A program made the translations under genes and the position numbers. A stretch of DNA of 64,000 nt, from contig CAUVXB020000001.1 of assembly GCA_963555825.3 (NCBI GenBank), forward strand, positions 1,568,001 through 1,632,000. Reading direction: 5' to 3'. Source of the DNA: Alphaproteobacteria bacterium. Lineage in GTDB: Bacteria > Pseudomonadota > Alphaproteobacteria > JAAXGF01. Below are positions 39,399 to 49,600 of the stretch, in pieces (position 1 is the first letter of the stretch; each line of letters begins with the position of its first letter). Below the pieces are notes generated by a model, which was not told the origin of the DNA, did no database searches, and worked only from the letters and a program-made list of their open reading frames with translations.

Positions 39399-40208
39399 TT
39401 GACCGCGACCGACACGATTGAAGTGCGATTCTGGGGCGTGCGGGGCGGCATCCCCTGCCCCGGGCCGACGACCGCCCGTTACGGCGGCAACACCGCTTGC
39501 GTCGAAATGCGATTGGGCGAACACACGGTGGTGGCCGATGCCGGCACGGGTCTTCGGCCGCTCGGCCACGCGCTCAATGCGCGCGCGCCGGTGACCGTCA
39601 ACCTGTTGTTCAGCCACACCACCTTCGACCGCATCAGCGGCATCCCGTTCTGTTCGGCCGCCTACAACCCGGCCAACGCCTTCCGCATCTGGGCCGGCCA
39701 TCTGCCGACCGGCGAAAGCGTGAAAGACATCCTGCGCAATCTGATGACCGACCCGGTGTTTCCGGTGCCGATGGAGATTCTCAACGCCTCGCTCGAGTTC
39801 AACGACTTCGACGCCGGTGAGACGCTGCGGCCGGCGCCGGGGCTCCGCGTCAGGACGGCGTCGCTCAACCACACGGCGCCGGTCACCGGTTATCGGGTGG
39901 AATGGAACGGCAAGAGCATCTGTTACGTCTCTGACCTGATCGCCGGCGAGGGCGGCGACGAGGGCGCCGCGCTCGCGCTGCTCGACGGCGCCGATCTCGC
40001 GATCGTCAACACCGCCGACAATGCGCCGGGTGCGAGCGACTGGCGTGATGCCGTGCGGTTGTGCGAGACGGCCGGCGTAACGACCTGCGCCACGTTCAGC
40101 CACCTTGCCGACCACGACGACACGGCGCTCGACGAGATCGCCGTCGCGGCCGAGAAGCTGCGGCCGGGTACCGTCGTCGCGCGCGAGGGCATGACGCTCT
40201 CGGTTTAG
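39399..40208 (+). CDS. MBL-fold (RNase Z / phosphodiesterase-like) protein with a degenerate metal motif
   Basis: VRFWGVRG.IP.PG..T.RYGGNT.C, DAGTG.R.LG; SHTTFDR where HxHxDH is expected. Confidence 0.85.
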   Translation: MTATDTIEVRFWGVRGGIPCPGPTTARYGGNTACVEMRLGEHTVVADAGTGLRPLGHALNARAPVTVNLLFSHTTFDRISGIPFCSAAYNPANAFRIWAGHLPTGESVKDILRNLMTDPVFPVPMEILNASLEFNDFDAGETLRPAPGLRVRTASLNHTAPVTGYRVEWNGKSICYVSDLIAGEGGDEGAALALLDGADLAIVNTADNAPGASDWRDAVRLCETAGVTTCATFSHLADHDDTALDEIAVAAEKLRPGTVVAREGMTLSV

Positions 40209-40479
40209 ACCACTGCGCCAGCGTCCTCGCCGAAATCCGCACACCGGATGCCCACGAAATATCTTGCGCATCACCTGATCGGGTGATGACAAGGGGTGGC
40301 TTCATGCGATGATTTCCGTCAAGGTGACGTCAGTCTATCGCCGGTTCGAACCGAGTCGATCGGCTGCGGGATGTACCAGTTCTCTCTTTTCCTTTATTTG
40401 GAACGGAGAACTGGCGAGCGAGGCGAGGGGCGTGCCCCCTACGACATCGAATTTGTAACTTTTGCAATGGGAGACCGAC

Positions 40480-40824
<345 letters not shown>

Positions 40825-40890
40825 CAGCGTCGAAGCTTAGCGCCACACGACCGTTACTCGCGGGTCCGCAAGTAACCCACGCATCGAACC

Positions 40891-40926
40891 GGGAGAGGGG
40901 TGGCAGCATCCCTCTCCCGAACTTTT
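40891..40926 (+). terminator. probable intrinsic terminator
   Basis: GGGAGAGGG...CCCTCTCCC stem followed closely by TTTT, between convergent genes. Confidence 0.6.
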
Positions 40927-40938
40927 CCTAGGGATGTG

Positions 40939-41862
40939 TCAACCCGGCGCCATCGTAGCGTCGATCACGTCGGCGAGCGTGAGATCGTCGAGCGATGGCC
41001 GCCGCAGGAAGCCGACAGCGGCGCCGCGGGGCACCGTTCGGACCGGGTCCGACGCGTATGAGTAGAGCACCAAGCTCGGGCAGTCGGCGGCGCCGATCAG
41101 ATGCATCGGCCCGGTATCGTTGCCGACCGCGAGCGCGGCGCCGCGCGCCAATGCGACGATGTCCTCGAAACTCGTCTCGCCGCACAGGTTGAGTGCCTCG
41201 GGGCAGCCTCGGGCAATCGCGTCGAGCACCGCCGCTTCGGCGCTCCCGCCGAGCAGCACGGGTTGCATTCCTTCGCCGGCCAGGTGTTGGGCGAGCGCGG
41301 CGTAGCGCGCCGCCGGCCAGCGCTTCTCGGGGCGGTGCGCCGAGCCGCCCGGTGCCAACAGCGCATACCGGCCGGCAAGGCCGAAGCGCGCAACATCCCC
41401 AGCGGCCCACGAGATATCGATCTCGGGGACTGCCGCAACGCCGGCGGCGGCCACCTGGTCGACGACGCGATCGAGGCTGTGCATCGTCAGGCGCTGCGGA
41501 TTGTCATGCGGATGCGAGCAGCCGCGCACGACACCCGACCATTCCGGCCGCCGACGCCAACCAAACAGGCGGAAATAGGTTGCGCTGCGGTCGCTGGTCT
41601 GGAGGTCGTAGACGCGCGCGAAACCGCCAGCGCGCAGCTTCCTGCCGAGCGCCAGCCAATCGCCGAACTGCATGATACTCGGTCGGCCGTCGATCCAGAC
41701 CTCGTCGAAATAGCCGCACGCCTGCGCCAAATCGACGAATGGCGCGGTGGTCAGCAGGGTAATGCGGGCGTCCGCGTGGTGCGCCCGGATCGCCTTGAAC
41801 GCGGCCATGGCGAGCACGAAATCGCCCAAGGCGCTCAGTTTGATAACCAGGATAGGCGCCAA
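40939..41862 (-). CDS. glycosyltransferase family 9 (heptosyltransferase-like)
   Basis: ILVIKL.ALGDFV, PG.S...KRWP, GNDTGPMH. Confidence 0.92.
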   Translation of the reverse strand: MAPILVIKLSALGDFVLAMAAFKAIRAHHADARITLLTTAPFVDLAQACGYFDEVWIDGRPSIMQFGDWLALGRKLRAGGFARVYDLQTSDRSATYFRLFGWRRRPEWSGVVRGCSHPHDNPQRLTMHSLDRVVDQVAAAGVAAVPEIDISWAAGDVARFGLAGRYALLAPGGSAHRPEKRWPAARYAALAQHLAGEGMQPVLLGGSAEAAVLDAIARGCPEALNLCGETSFEDIVALARGAALAVGNDTGPMHLIGAADCPSLVLYSYASDPVRTVPRGAAVGFLRRPSLDDLTLADVIDATMAPG

Positions 41863-41903
41863 CTCTGAATGTCCCTCAAGGTTCCCGACACGACCGGTCG
41901 GCG

Positions 41904-42926
41904 TCACGCGGTAATGCGTTCGTAGAAGTTCAGGTAGCGGCGAATGATCGCCGCCTCGGTGTAATCCGCCTCGAACGCCGCGCGCCCGCCATCGATCAAG
42001 CGCGTCGCCAATTCATCATCGTCGACGATGCGACGAATGGCCGCCGCCAGCGCCTCGGCGTCGTCGATCGGCGCCAAGAGCCCGCTTAGCCCCTCCTCGA
42101 TCAGGCTCGCCGGCCCCGAGGCCGTCGTCGAGACGATCGGCGTCCGGTGCACCCAGGCTTCGAGGATGATATTGCCGAACGGCTCGATGCGCGAGCTGCA
42201 GACGAACACATCGGCCGCCGCCAGAAGTGCGGGGACATCGTCACGCCAGCCGATGAAGCGCAGCCTGTCGATGACGCCGAGGCGCGCGGCCTGGTCCGTG
42301 AGGTCGCGTTCGAGGGCGCCGACGCCGCCAATCCAGAGATAGGCCTCGGGGAGCCGGACCAACCCGTCGATCAAGATGTCGAACGCCTTATTGCGGTGCA
42401 GCCGGCCGAGGGCGAGCAGCAACGGCGCATCGGCCGGCGTGTCGAACGTCGCGCGCGACACCGCCGGCGCTGGATCGTCGGGGACGAAATTGGGCAGCAC
42501 ATGCACGCGGTCGTCCGGCCAGCCGCCATCGCGCACGTAAGCGGCGATATGCTCGGTCGTCACGATCAGGTGGTCGCAGTTGCGATAATATTTGAGGTTG
42601 TAGTAGCCGGCGAGGCGCCCGGCATGAACGAACCCACCGCGCGGACAGAACCGCGTCGCCCGGTTCATCGAGGTGAACACGACGTCGGGGGCAAACCGCC
42701 GCACGAGGGATCGGAATGCCAGGCCGGTGCGCAAATCGAGCGCGCCGCCGAACGGCACCTCGATTGGCTCGACGCCGCCCGCGCTGAGCCGCGCCGCCCG
42801 GCGCGCATCGCGGCGGATGACGACCATTTGTTCGAGGCCGGCCCGCGACATGCCGAGGACGAGGTTCTCGAAGAACGCCTCCGCGCCACCGAACTCGGCG
42901 CCCGCCATGGCGTGGACGACGCGCAT
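41904..42926 (-). CDS. glycosyltransferase family 4
   Basis: GGAE, GRLH.NK, SR.EPFG...LEA. Confidence 0.92.
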   Translation of the reverse strand: MRVVHAMAGAEFGGAEAFFENLVLGMSRAGLEQMVVIRRDARRAARLSAGGVEPIEVPFGGALDLRTGLAFRSLVRRFAPDVVFTSMNRATRFCPRGGFVHAGRLAGYYNLKYYRNCDHLIVTTEHIAAYVRDGGWPDDRVHVLPNFVPDDPAPAVSRATFDTPADAPLLLALGRLHRNKAFDILIDGLVRLPEAYLWIGGVGALERDLTDQAARLGVIDRLRFIGWRDDVPALLAAADVFVCSSRIEPFGNIILEAWVHRTPIVSTTASGPASLIEEGLSGLLAPIDDAEALAAAIRRIVDDDELATRLIDGGRAAFEADYTEAAIIRRYLNFYERITA

Positions 42927-44152
42927 CAGCCCCGCTCGGCGTGCTGGTTGCCGCCCCACGTCGTCGTCGCGATGCAAATCGCGGCCATCAGCCAGGCGAC
43001 GGCGAGCCACCAGTTCTGCCACAGTCCAAAACCGATATTGGCGATCACCAGATAGGCGGTCACCATGGCGGCCACGACCGCAATTCTCGCCGGCGACAGG
43101 CTCGACCCGGCCAGGCCCTTGAACAGATTGCCCAGCAAGACGACAACGATCGCGACGCCGGGAATGCCCAGTTCGAGCCACAGTTGAAGCGCGGCGTTAT
43201 GCGGATGCAAAGGCATGGCCGGGGCAATGTTCGCCACCACCTGCGATCCACCGGCGATATCCCGCGAGGCATCGAGGCCCCAACCGAAAATCGGCCGCTC
43301 GGCAATTTTCTCGGCGGCGAACTGCCAGATGTACAAGCGGTGCTGCCAGTTCCGCGGCAGATCGCCGAACGTCGACGTGACCTGTTCGGGCGATATGACG
43401 TACGTCGTCAGGATCGGCGCCACGGCGACGGTCACGACGACAAAGACGCCGAGCACCGTGATCGCCGGCTTCGGCCGGTAACAGACGATGGCGAACACGC
43501 AACCCGCCACGCAAATCGCCAGCAAGGCGATCAAGGAGGGCGAAAAGTACAGGGCGGCGCCTGACGCCAAGCCGAACGCGACGGCCGCGGCCGGATTGAT
43601 ATTGCGCCAAATCACGTAGGCGCAAGGCCAGAAGAATATGGCGAATATCATCGTGCCGCGGCTGATCATGACCATCCTGACGTTATCCGCATCGGCCAAC
43701 AGACTGCGCAAAATTCTCGTTATCGCGACGTCCGTAACGATCTCGACAGCGAGCAGCGCGAGGAATGCCACGCCGCCGATCATCAGCGCTTTCTCGACCG
43801 CGCCGTGGCTTTGCGCAGCCAAATTCCGGGCGCATGACAAAAGCACCAGGCCGACCAGCGAAATGACGGCGAATCGCGCCCAGAGATCGAGACTCCCGAG
43901 AGGTTCCGGCGCCCAAGCCGCCGACAACAGCGACCACGCCAAGAGACCGCCGAGGATCAAGGCAAGAGGCGATCGGACGATCGCACGCAAATCCAATTGC
44001 GCGCGCGCTACCGCAGCCATGGCGACAGCCATCACAGCGAACAAAACGACCATGCCGTTCGGTGAAAATACGGAAATGAGTGGCAGCAGCAAAAGGCCGC
44101 AACTGAAAACCATAGACGATCGCGTTATACGATTATGTTGATCAAGACTCAT
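42926..44152 (-). CDS. O-antigen ligase family membrane protein (WaaL-like)
   Basis: Multiple TM segments, R..IW.......RP.FGWG, HPHN..LQ...ELG. Confidence 0.9.
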   Translation of the reverse strand: MSLDQHNRITRSSMVFSCGLLLLPLISVFSPNGMVVLFAVMAVAMAAVARAQLDLRAIVRSPLALILGGLLAWSLLSAAWAPEPLGSLDLWARFAVISLVGLVLLSCARNLAAQSHGAVEKALMIGGVAFLALLAVEIVTDVAITRILRSLLADADNVRMVMISRGTMIFAIFFWPCAYVIWRNINPAAAVAFGLASGAALYFSPSLIALLAICVAGCVFAIVCYRPKPAITVLGVFVVVTVAVAPILTTYVISPEQVTSTFGDLPRNWQHRLYIWQFAAEKIAERPIFGWGLDASRDIAGGSQVVANIAPAMPLHPHNAALQLWLELGIPGVAIVVVLLGNLFKGLAGSSLSPARIAVVAAMVTAYLVIANIGFGLWQNWWLAVAWLMAAICIATTTWGGNQHAERG

Positions 44153-44306
44153 CAAACAACGAACTGATAGATCATCGGCCAGGCCCCCATGGCCGCTCGC
44201 GCGAATGCGACGGTGCAACAGATAACACCGGTCCGACCATGAGGAAAGCCGTCTCTATGGGTCTTTATCACCGATCCTTGGTATAAAGTCCGAGAATGTA
44301 CCAGCG

Positions 44307-44984
44307 GTGAGGCGAGACGTGGACGACAGCGAGAACAAGCAGACGGAACGCGAGCGGTTGGCCGAATGGCACCGTTATTATTCGGCCAAGCGGATCGGCC
44401 AGCAATGGACCCAGGTCCATCTGCTGAAAGACCTTCCGGTTCAAACGGTGCTCGAGGTTGGACCTTACATGGGGTTGGCCACCGCGATGATGGACAATGC
44501 CGGTTATGACGTCACCACGCTCGACCTCGTGGCGCGCCCCTTCGAGCGGCCGGCGCGGCCGCATATCCGCGCCAATCTGCTCGAAATCGAGCCCGACGCC
44601 ATCGCCGGCTTCGACGCAATTGTCTGCTGCGAAACCCTCGAGCACCTGCCGTGGTGCGATGTCGACCGAGTCCTGGAGACGTTTCGCGCCAGCGGCGCCA
44701 AGCACCTGATCGTCTCGGTACCCTATTCGGCATTCCAGATCGACCTATCGCTCTACTTCAACCGGTACCGTTTCCGCCAGGGCTTCGCCTTCAAGAAGCT
44801 GCGCTTTCTCAAATCATTCACGCCCGACGTCGACCCCCTCGGCCACAAATGGGAGGTCGGCTATCGAGGCTCCAGCCTGACCGCTTGGGAGGCGAAGCTC
44901 AGGGGCGCCGGGTGGCGCATAATGCAGCGCGAGTTCACCAATCCGACGCGCTCGGTGTTCCACGTCCTGGGGCCGTCGGCATGA
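44307..44984 (+). CDS. SAM-dependent methyltransferase
   Basis: VLEVGP..G, FD.IVC.E.LEHLP, H.WE.G. Confidence 0.8.
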   Translation: MRRDVDDSENKQTERERLAEWHRYYSAKRIGQQWTQVHLLKDLPVQTVLEVGPYMGLATAMMDNAGYDVTTLDLVARPFERPARPHIRANLLEIEPDAIAGFDAIVCCETLEHLPWCDVDRVLETFRASGAKHLIVSVPYSAFQIDLSLYFNRYRFRQGFAFKKLRFLKSFTPDVDPLGHKWEVGYRGSSLTAWEAKLRGAGWRIMQREFTNPTRSVFHVLGPSA

Positions 44985-45001
44985 TCCGGATTTAGTGTCT
45001 C

Positions 45002-45745
45002 ATGGATAATCGCTTCGTCATCGTCACGCCGGGCCGCACGGGGTCCTCGTTGCTGGCCGCGATGCTTTCCGATTCGGGCGCCGATTTCGGCATCGGCGCC
45101 AAGGACTGGAGCGAATCGGAAGGCGCCTTCGAGCATCCCGATCTGGTCGCCGCCGCTCGCAGCTTCTCGAAGGCCCGCCAACTCGGCATCGATCGACCCT
45201 TGGCGCCGAAGAAATACCTGTGGGACATCCATCGTCACATGGGCAAAGCGCGGCACAAGCAATTCGTTCGCCGTTTCGAATACCTCAAGGGGCCCGACCT
45301 CGACCTGATCGTCAGGCCGATGTTCAACCTGGGCTATTTTCCCCGGGTGATCGTCAATTTCAGAGCCTTCTTCGACCAGGCGCAAAGCCTCTACATGCGA
45401 AGCGCGCATCATAGCTTCGAAGCGCTTCACGAGCGGTACTGTCGCATCGCATCCGACGCGTTGCTGCAGCTCGCCACCTTCGGTGGCTGCGTGATCGATT
45501 ACGAAGACATCGTCGACCCGGCGAACGACGATTGGATCGGCAACCTCGCGGCGCTCACCGGATTGGATGCCGACCGGCTTCGCGAGGCGCGCGGGGAGCG
45601 AGTGAAGGCCCGCCCCCGAGAAGAGCCCGGCTATCAAATGGACTGCCGGGCGTCACGGCTCTACGCCGACATCCGTGGATTGAAGGGGACGGTTGTGGAA
45701 CCGAGCCGCGCGGCGCTGCGTCACTTCACGAAACAGCCGGACTGA
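45002..45745 (+). CDS. sulfotransferase-like P-loop protein
   Basis: N-terminal IVTPGRTGSSLL (5'-PSB-like) and YEDIV. Confidence 0.6.
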   Translation: MDNRFVIVTPGRTGSSLLAAMLSDSGADFGIGAKDWSESEGAFEHPDLVAAARSFSKARQLGIDRPLAPKKYLWDIHRHMGKARHKQFVRRFEYLKGPDLDLIVRPMFNLGYFPRVIVNFRAFFDQAQSLYMRSAHHSFEALHERYCRIASDALLQLATFGGCVIDYEDIVDPANDDWIGNLAALTGLDADRLREARGERVKARPREEPGYQMDCRASRLYADIRGLKGTVVEPSRAALRHFTKQPD

Positions 45746-45756
45746 CGGTCGGCGCG

Positions 45757-46512
45757 TCACGAGTCCTCGAGCCGCGCCTTGAGGTGCGACAACAGGGGAT
45801 AGAGGCCGGCGAACAGCGCGATGAGAAAGCCATAGGCCCCCTCGCGGTACCCTTTGCGAAAGACGTAGCACTTTATGAAGCGCGAGAAGAACCGGCGCAG
45901 GTTGTTGGCCAAGCCGCCGACCGCGCCGCTGTCGCGCAGGTCGCGCGCGCGCTGGGTCGAATAACGGTCGAGCCGCTCGATCATGTCCGAGATGTCGCGA
46001 TCGACATAATGCACCATCGGCGAGGCCAGCCGGCGCCGTTCGCCCTCGAGCGTGGTTGGCGGGTGAATGCGTTGGTCGCCCCAGCGCTTGGCGCCGCGGC
46101 TGAACAGCCGTTCCGTCGACGCAACACCCCACGACGCGCCCCAGCCATAGCGCACCAGGCGATCGCCGATGTAATTGGCGTAAGGGATCAGGAAGTAGCC
46201 GGGTGCGGCATCGGCGATGGCCGAGCGGACTTCGGACGCCAGCTCCGGCGTCACGCGCTCATCGGCGTCGACCTCGAGGATCCAATCGCTCCGGCACGCG
46301 TCGATACCGGTGTTGCGGCGCGGCCCCTCGATCGCCCATGCACCTTCGACCACCCGGTCGGTGTAGCGCGCGGCGATGGCCTTCGAGCCGTCGGTGCAGC
46401 GATCGAGCACGACGACGAGTTCATCGGCGAAGCGGAGACCGTCGAGGCACGCGGCGAGCTGATCCTCCTCATTATGCGCGACAACCAGCGCGGAAAGCGT
46501 CGGCGCGCTCAC
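45757..46512 (-). CDS. glycosyltransferase family 2 (WaaE-like)
   Basis: NEE..L..CL, D...D.S, W....DADE. Confidence 0.92.
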   Translation of the reverse strand: MSAPTLSALVVAHNEEDQLAACLDGLRFADELVVVLDRCTDGSKAIAARYTDRVVEGAWAIEGPRRNTGIDACRSDWILEVDADERVTPELASEVRSAIADAAPGYFLIPYANYIGDRLVRYGWGASWGVASTERLFSRGAKRWGDQRIHPPTTLEGERRRLASPMVHYVDRDISDMIERLDRYSTQRARDLRDSGAVGGLANNLRRFFSRFIKCYVFRKGYREGAYGFLIALFAGLYPLLSHLKARLEDS

Positions 46513-47468
46513 GGCCGACCGCTGCTGCAGCGTCGCCACAGGGCGCTCGCGGCCTCTTCGACGGCGTCGACGCTCAGGCTGTCCATCAGTGTGCCGGTGG
46601 TCAGGCGGTCGTAGTCGGGCGGAAACAGTTTCTCATAGGCGATGCTAGCACACGCGACGGCGCCGCGCGGACCCCAGGGCGCGTAGTTCTCGGGCCGGCT
46701 CGGGCCGAACAGCCCGAGCGTCGGCGCCCCCGCCGCCGCGGCGATATGCATCAGTCCCGAATCGTTGCCGACGTAAAGGTCGCAGCGGCTGAGCGCCGCC
46801 GCCGCGGTGGTCAGATCGACCGCGCCGATCAGGTCGATCAAGCAGCCGGCCGGCACGGCGTCGAGCACTGGCTGGGCCAACGCGCGTTCGGCAGCGGCAG
46901 CGAAGACGGCGACCCGCGCGTCCGGCAGGATGCCGTCCGGCGCCGTCAGGCGATCGATCAGGGCGGCGAAGTTTTCGGCGCGCCAGATCTTGCCCAGCCA
47001 GTTCGCCGTCGGACCGAGCGCCAGCACGGGCCCGCCGTCGGGCACCAGGCGCGCGGCTTCCGCCTCGTTCTCGGGCGAGGTCCAGATCCGCGGCGCCGGC
47101 GGTTCGGGCAGGCCGAAGGCGCGCGCGAGGTCGACCAAGCGATGCGCATTGCCGTCGCCGCGGCGATAAACCATGCGCCGGCGCGCCGCCAGCAGATAGG
47201 CGAGCGCCGAGCCGCGCATATCGACGACCAGGTCCCAGCGCGTCGGGCAGCATCGACGCCAGAGATCGAGCCAGTGGAGCGAGGCGGCGCGCTTGACCAC
47301 GGGAATGCGGCGCACCACCTGGGGCATGGCGGCGAACAGCGGCATGGCGAGCGGGCCGCAGGCGATCGTGATGCGCGCGTCGGCGTGGCGCTCGATGAGG
47401 TCGGCGAGCAGCCCGGTGGTCAGCACCGCGTCGCCGATCCGCGTCGAGCCGACGAACAGGACGTTCAC
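46509..47468 (-). CDS. glycosyltransferase family 9
   Basis: RIGDAVL, K.W....F, GNDSGLMH, GLFGPS. Confidence 0.92.
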   Translation of the reverse strand: MNVLFVGSTRIGDAVLTTGLLADLIERHADARITIACGPLAMPLFAAMPQVVRRIPVVKRAASLHWLDLWRRCCPTRWDLVVDMRGSALAYLLAARRRMVYRRGDGNAHRLVDLARAFGLPEPPAPRIWTSPENEAEAARLVPDGGPVLALGPTANWLGKIWRAENFAALIDRLTAPDGILPDARVAVFAAAAERALAQPVLDAVPAGCLIDLIGAVDLTTAAAALSRCDLYVGNDSGLMHIAAAAGAPTLGLFGPSRPENYAPWGPRGAVACASIAYEKLFPPDYDRLTTGTLMDSLSVDAVEEAASALWRRCSSGRP

Positions 47469-48496
47469 GAAAAGAGCGCCGCGAACTCCGCCGCCGCAGC
47501 CTCCCAGTCGCGGCCCCGCTGTCGGTTGCGGGCCTCGTCGCTGCGGCCTCTGAAAATCTGGTCGTAATGGAGGAGCAACATGGCGCAGTTGGCGAACGCC
47601 TCGTCGTCGGGCACCAGGAACCCTGATTCATTGTTGTGGATTCGCTCGGTGACGGCGTTGAACTGGCGCGACACGGCCGGCAGCCCGACCGCCTGCGATT
47701 CGGCCAGCGTCGAGCAATACACCTCGCTCGCAGCGCCGGGATACAGATGCACGCGCGCCGCGCGATAGGCGTCGGCCATGTCCGGGTCGGCGCGCGGGCG
47801 ATGCACGACGACGCCGTCGGCCGCGGCCGCGCGCACGCGCTCGAACAGGGGATAGATATTGCCGGCCACATCGCCGCCCAGCATGCCCTTGTCCAGTGTC
47901 GCCGAGTAGATGTGCAGCTCCGCCTCGGGCACCCGCTTCCTGAGGTCGCCAATCCACAATTGGAGCAACCAGTCGAGATCCATCAGCGGATGAGTCGTGA
48001 CGACGGCGCGCGGCGGATGCGCCGCGGCCATCGGCTCGGCCTCAAGGTAGTGGCCGCGCACCCCGGGCGCGACGATGACGGCGCGCTCGGCGAACGAATC
48101 GGGGCAGGTCGCGCGATGCGCCTCGCCGGCGAAGACGAGCGGAACGTCGGCATGGCGCGCGAGGATCTCGCGGTTCGCCTTGGAGGCCAGATGGCCCGCC
48201 GGGTTGGCGAGCCACAGGATGCGCCGCTTGGCGGTGATCGGCAGATCGAGCAGCGCCGGTTTGCGGTAGGCGATCAGCACGTCGCATGCGGTCGGATGCG
48301 GCCCGTCCCAGGGCAGCCACTTGACGTTCTCGGCGGTCACCGCGAAGCTGCAGCGGTTGAACGCGCGCACGTCGTGGCCGGCCCGCGCGAGCGCGCCCGG
48401 CAGGCTGGCGAAGTTCTTCTCGATGCCGCCAAGCGGCTGGCTCGCCGGCGTGTAGCCGTCGAAGGGCACCGAATCGTCGATCAGCAGGACATCCAT
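47465..48496 (-). CDS. glycosyltransferase (GT4-like)
   Basis: LGG.E, L...GHDV, YP...E..C....E.QA.GLP. Confidence 0.85.
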   Translation of the reverse strand: MDVLLIDDSVPFDGYTPASQPLGGIEKNFASLPGALARAGHDVRAFNRCSFAVTAENVKWLPWDGPHPTACDVLIAYRKPALLDLPITAKRRILWLANPAGHLASKANREILARHADVPLVFAGEAHRATCPDSFAERAVIVAPGVRGHYLEAEPMAAAHPPRAVVTTHPLMDLDWLLQLWIGDLRKRVPEAELHIYSATLDKGMLGGDVAGNIYPLFERVRAAAADGVVVHRPRADPDMADAYRAARVHLYPGAASEVYCSTLAESQAVGLPAVSRQFNAVTERIHNNESGFLVPDDEAFANCAMLLLHYDQIFRGRSDEARNRQRGRDWEAAAAEFAALFS

Positions 48497-48615
48497 GGCG
48501 CGACGGTTATACGCCGCGATCTTTCGACTTGCCAAGCGGCACGACCGGCTTTGCCAAAGCGCCAAGATGATGCGAGACTCGCGACCATGGAAAACATCAT
48601 GACGGAGCATCGGCC

Positions 48616-49512
48616 GTGACGGCGCCGCGGTACGCGTTGCTGCCCGGCCGCGCCGTGCTCGCGATCGAGGGCGAGGACGCGCGCGACCTGTTGCAGGGGC
48701 TGATCTCGAACGACGTCGAGCGGCTCGCGCCCGACCACGCGATCTATGCCACCCTGCTGACGCCCCAGGGCAAATTCCTGCACGACTTCTTCATCGCCGA
48801 GCGTAGCGACCGCTTGTTGGTCGATTGCGAGGCCGATCGGCGCGATGACCTGGAGCGCCGGCTCACCTTCTACCGGCTGCGCGCCAAGGTGGCCTTCGCC
48901 GCCGACGATGATTGCGTGGTCGCGGCGCTGTGGGGCGACGGCGCGGCCCAGGCGACCGGCCTCGCCGAGGCCGAGGGCAGCGCGGGTCGCCTCGCCGGCG
49001 GCGTCGCCTATGTCGATCCGAGGCTCGCCGCGGCCGGCGCCCGTGCCTTCCTGCCGCGCCGCTCCGCCGCCGAGGCGCTCGAGGCCGCTGGCTTCGCTCC
49101 GGCGACGGCCGAGGACTACGACCGCGTCCGCCTGTCGCTCGCGCTACCCGACGGTAGCCGCGACATTGCCGTCGAGAAGAGCTTCTTGCTCGAGAACGGC
49201 GTCGACGATCTCAACGGCGTTGATTTCGACAAGGGCTGCTACGTCGGCCAGGAGCTGACCGCGCGCACCAAGCACCGCGCGACGATCCGCAAGCGACTCT
49301 ACCGGGTCGACGTCGACGGCGCCCTGCCCGACCCCGGTACGCCGATCACGGTCGATGGCCGCGCGGCCGGCGTCATGCGCTCGGGCCGCGACAACATCGG
49401 CCTCGCGCTGTTGCGCGTCGAGCTCATCGCCAAGGCGGCCGAGGCCGGCATCCCGCTAACCTGCGGCGACGCCCGCCTCACCCCAGTCAAGCCCGACTGG
49501 GCGACGTTCTAG
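48616..49512 (+). CDS. ygfZ: folate-binding Fe-S maturation protein YgfZ
   Basis: LLTPQGK and the signature KGCYVGQE. Confidence 0.93.
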   Translation: MTAPRYALLPGRAVLAIEGEDARDLLQGLISNDVERLAPDHAIYATLLTPQGKFLHDFFIAERSDRLLVDCEADRRDDLERRLTFYRLRAKVAFAADDDCVVAALWGDGAAQATGLAEAEGSAGRLAGGVAYVDPRLAAAGARAFLPRRSAAEALEAAGFAPATAEDYDRVRLSLALPDGSRDIAVEKSFLLENGVDDLNGVDFDKGCYVGQELTARTKHRATIRKRLYRVDVDGALPDPGTPITVDGRAAGVMRSGRDNIGLALLRVELIAKAAEAGIPLTCGDARLTPVKPDWATF

Positions 49513-49555
49513 CGTCAATCGACAAACCGGATGCATCAATCACACTTCCAACCAA

Positions 49556-49576
49556 AAATGGTGTCAGACACCATTT
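49556..49576. repeat. REP-like palindrome, copy 1
   Basis: AAATGGTGTC-A-GACACCATTT, perfect 10-bp arms. Confidence 0.85.
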
Positions 49577-49600
49577 CTAACCGGTTTTACTGGCTTATTT

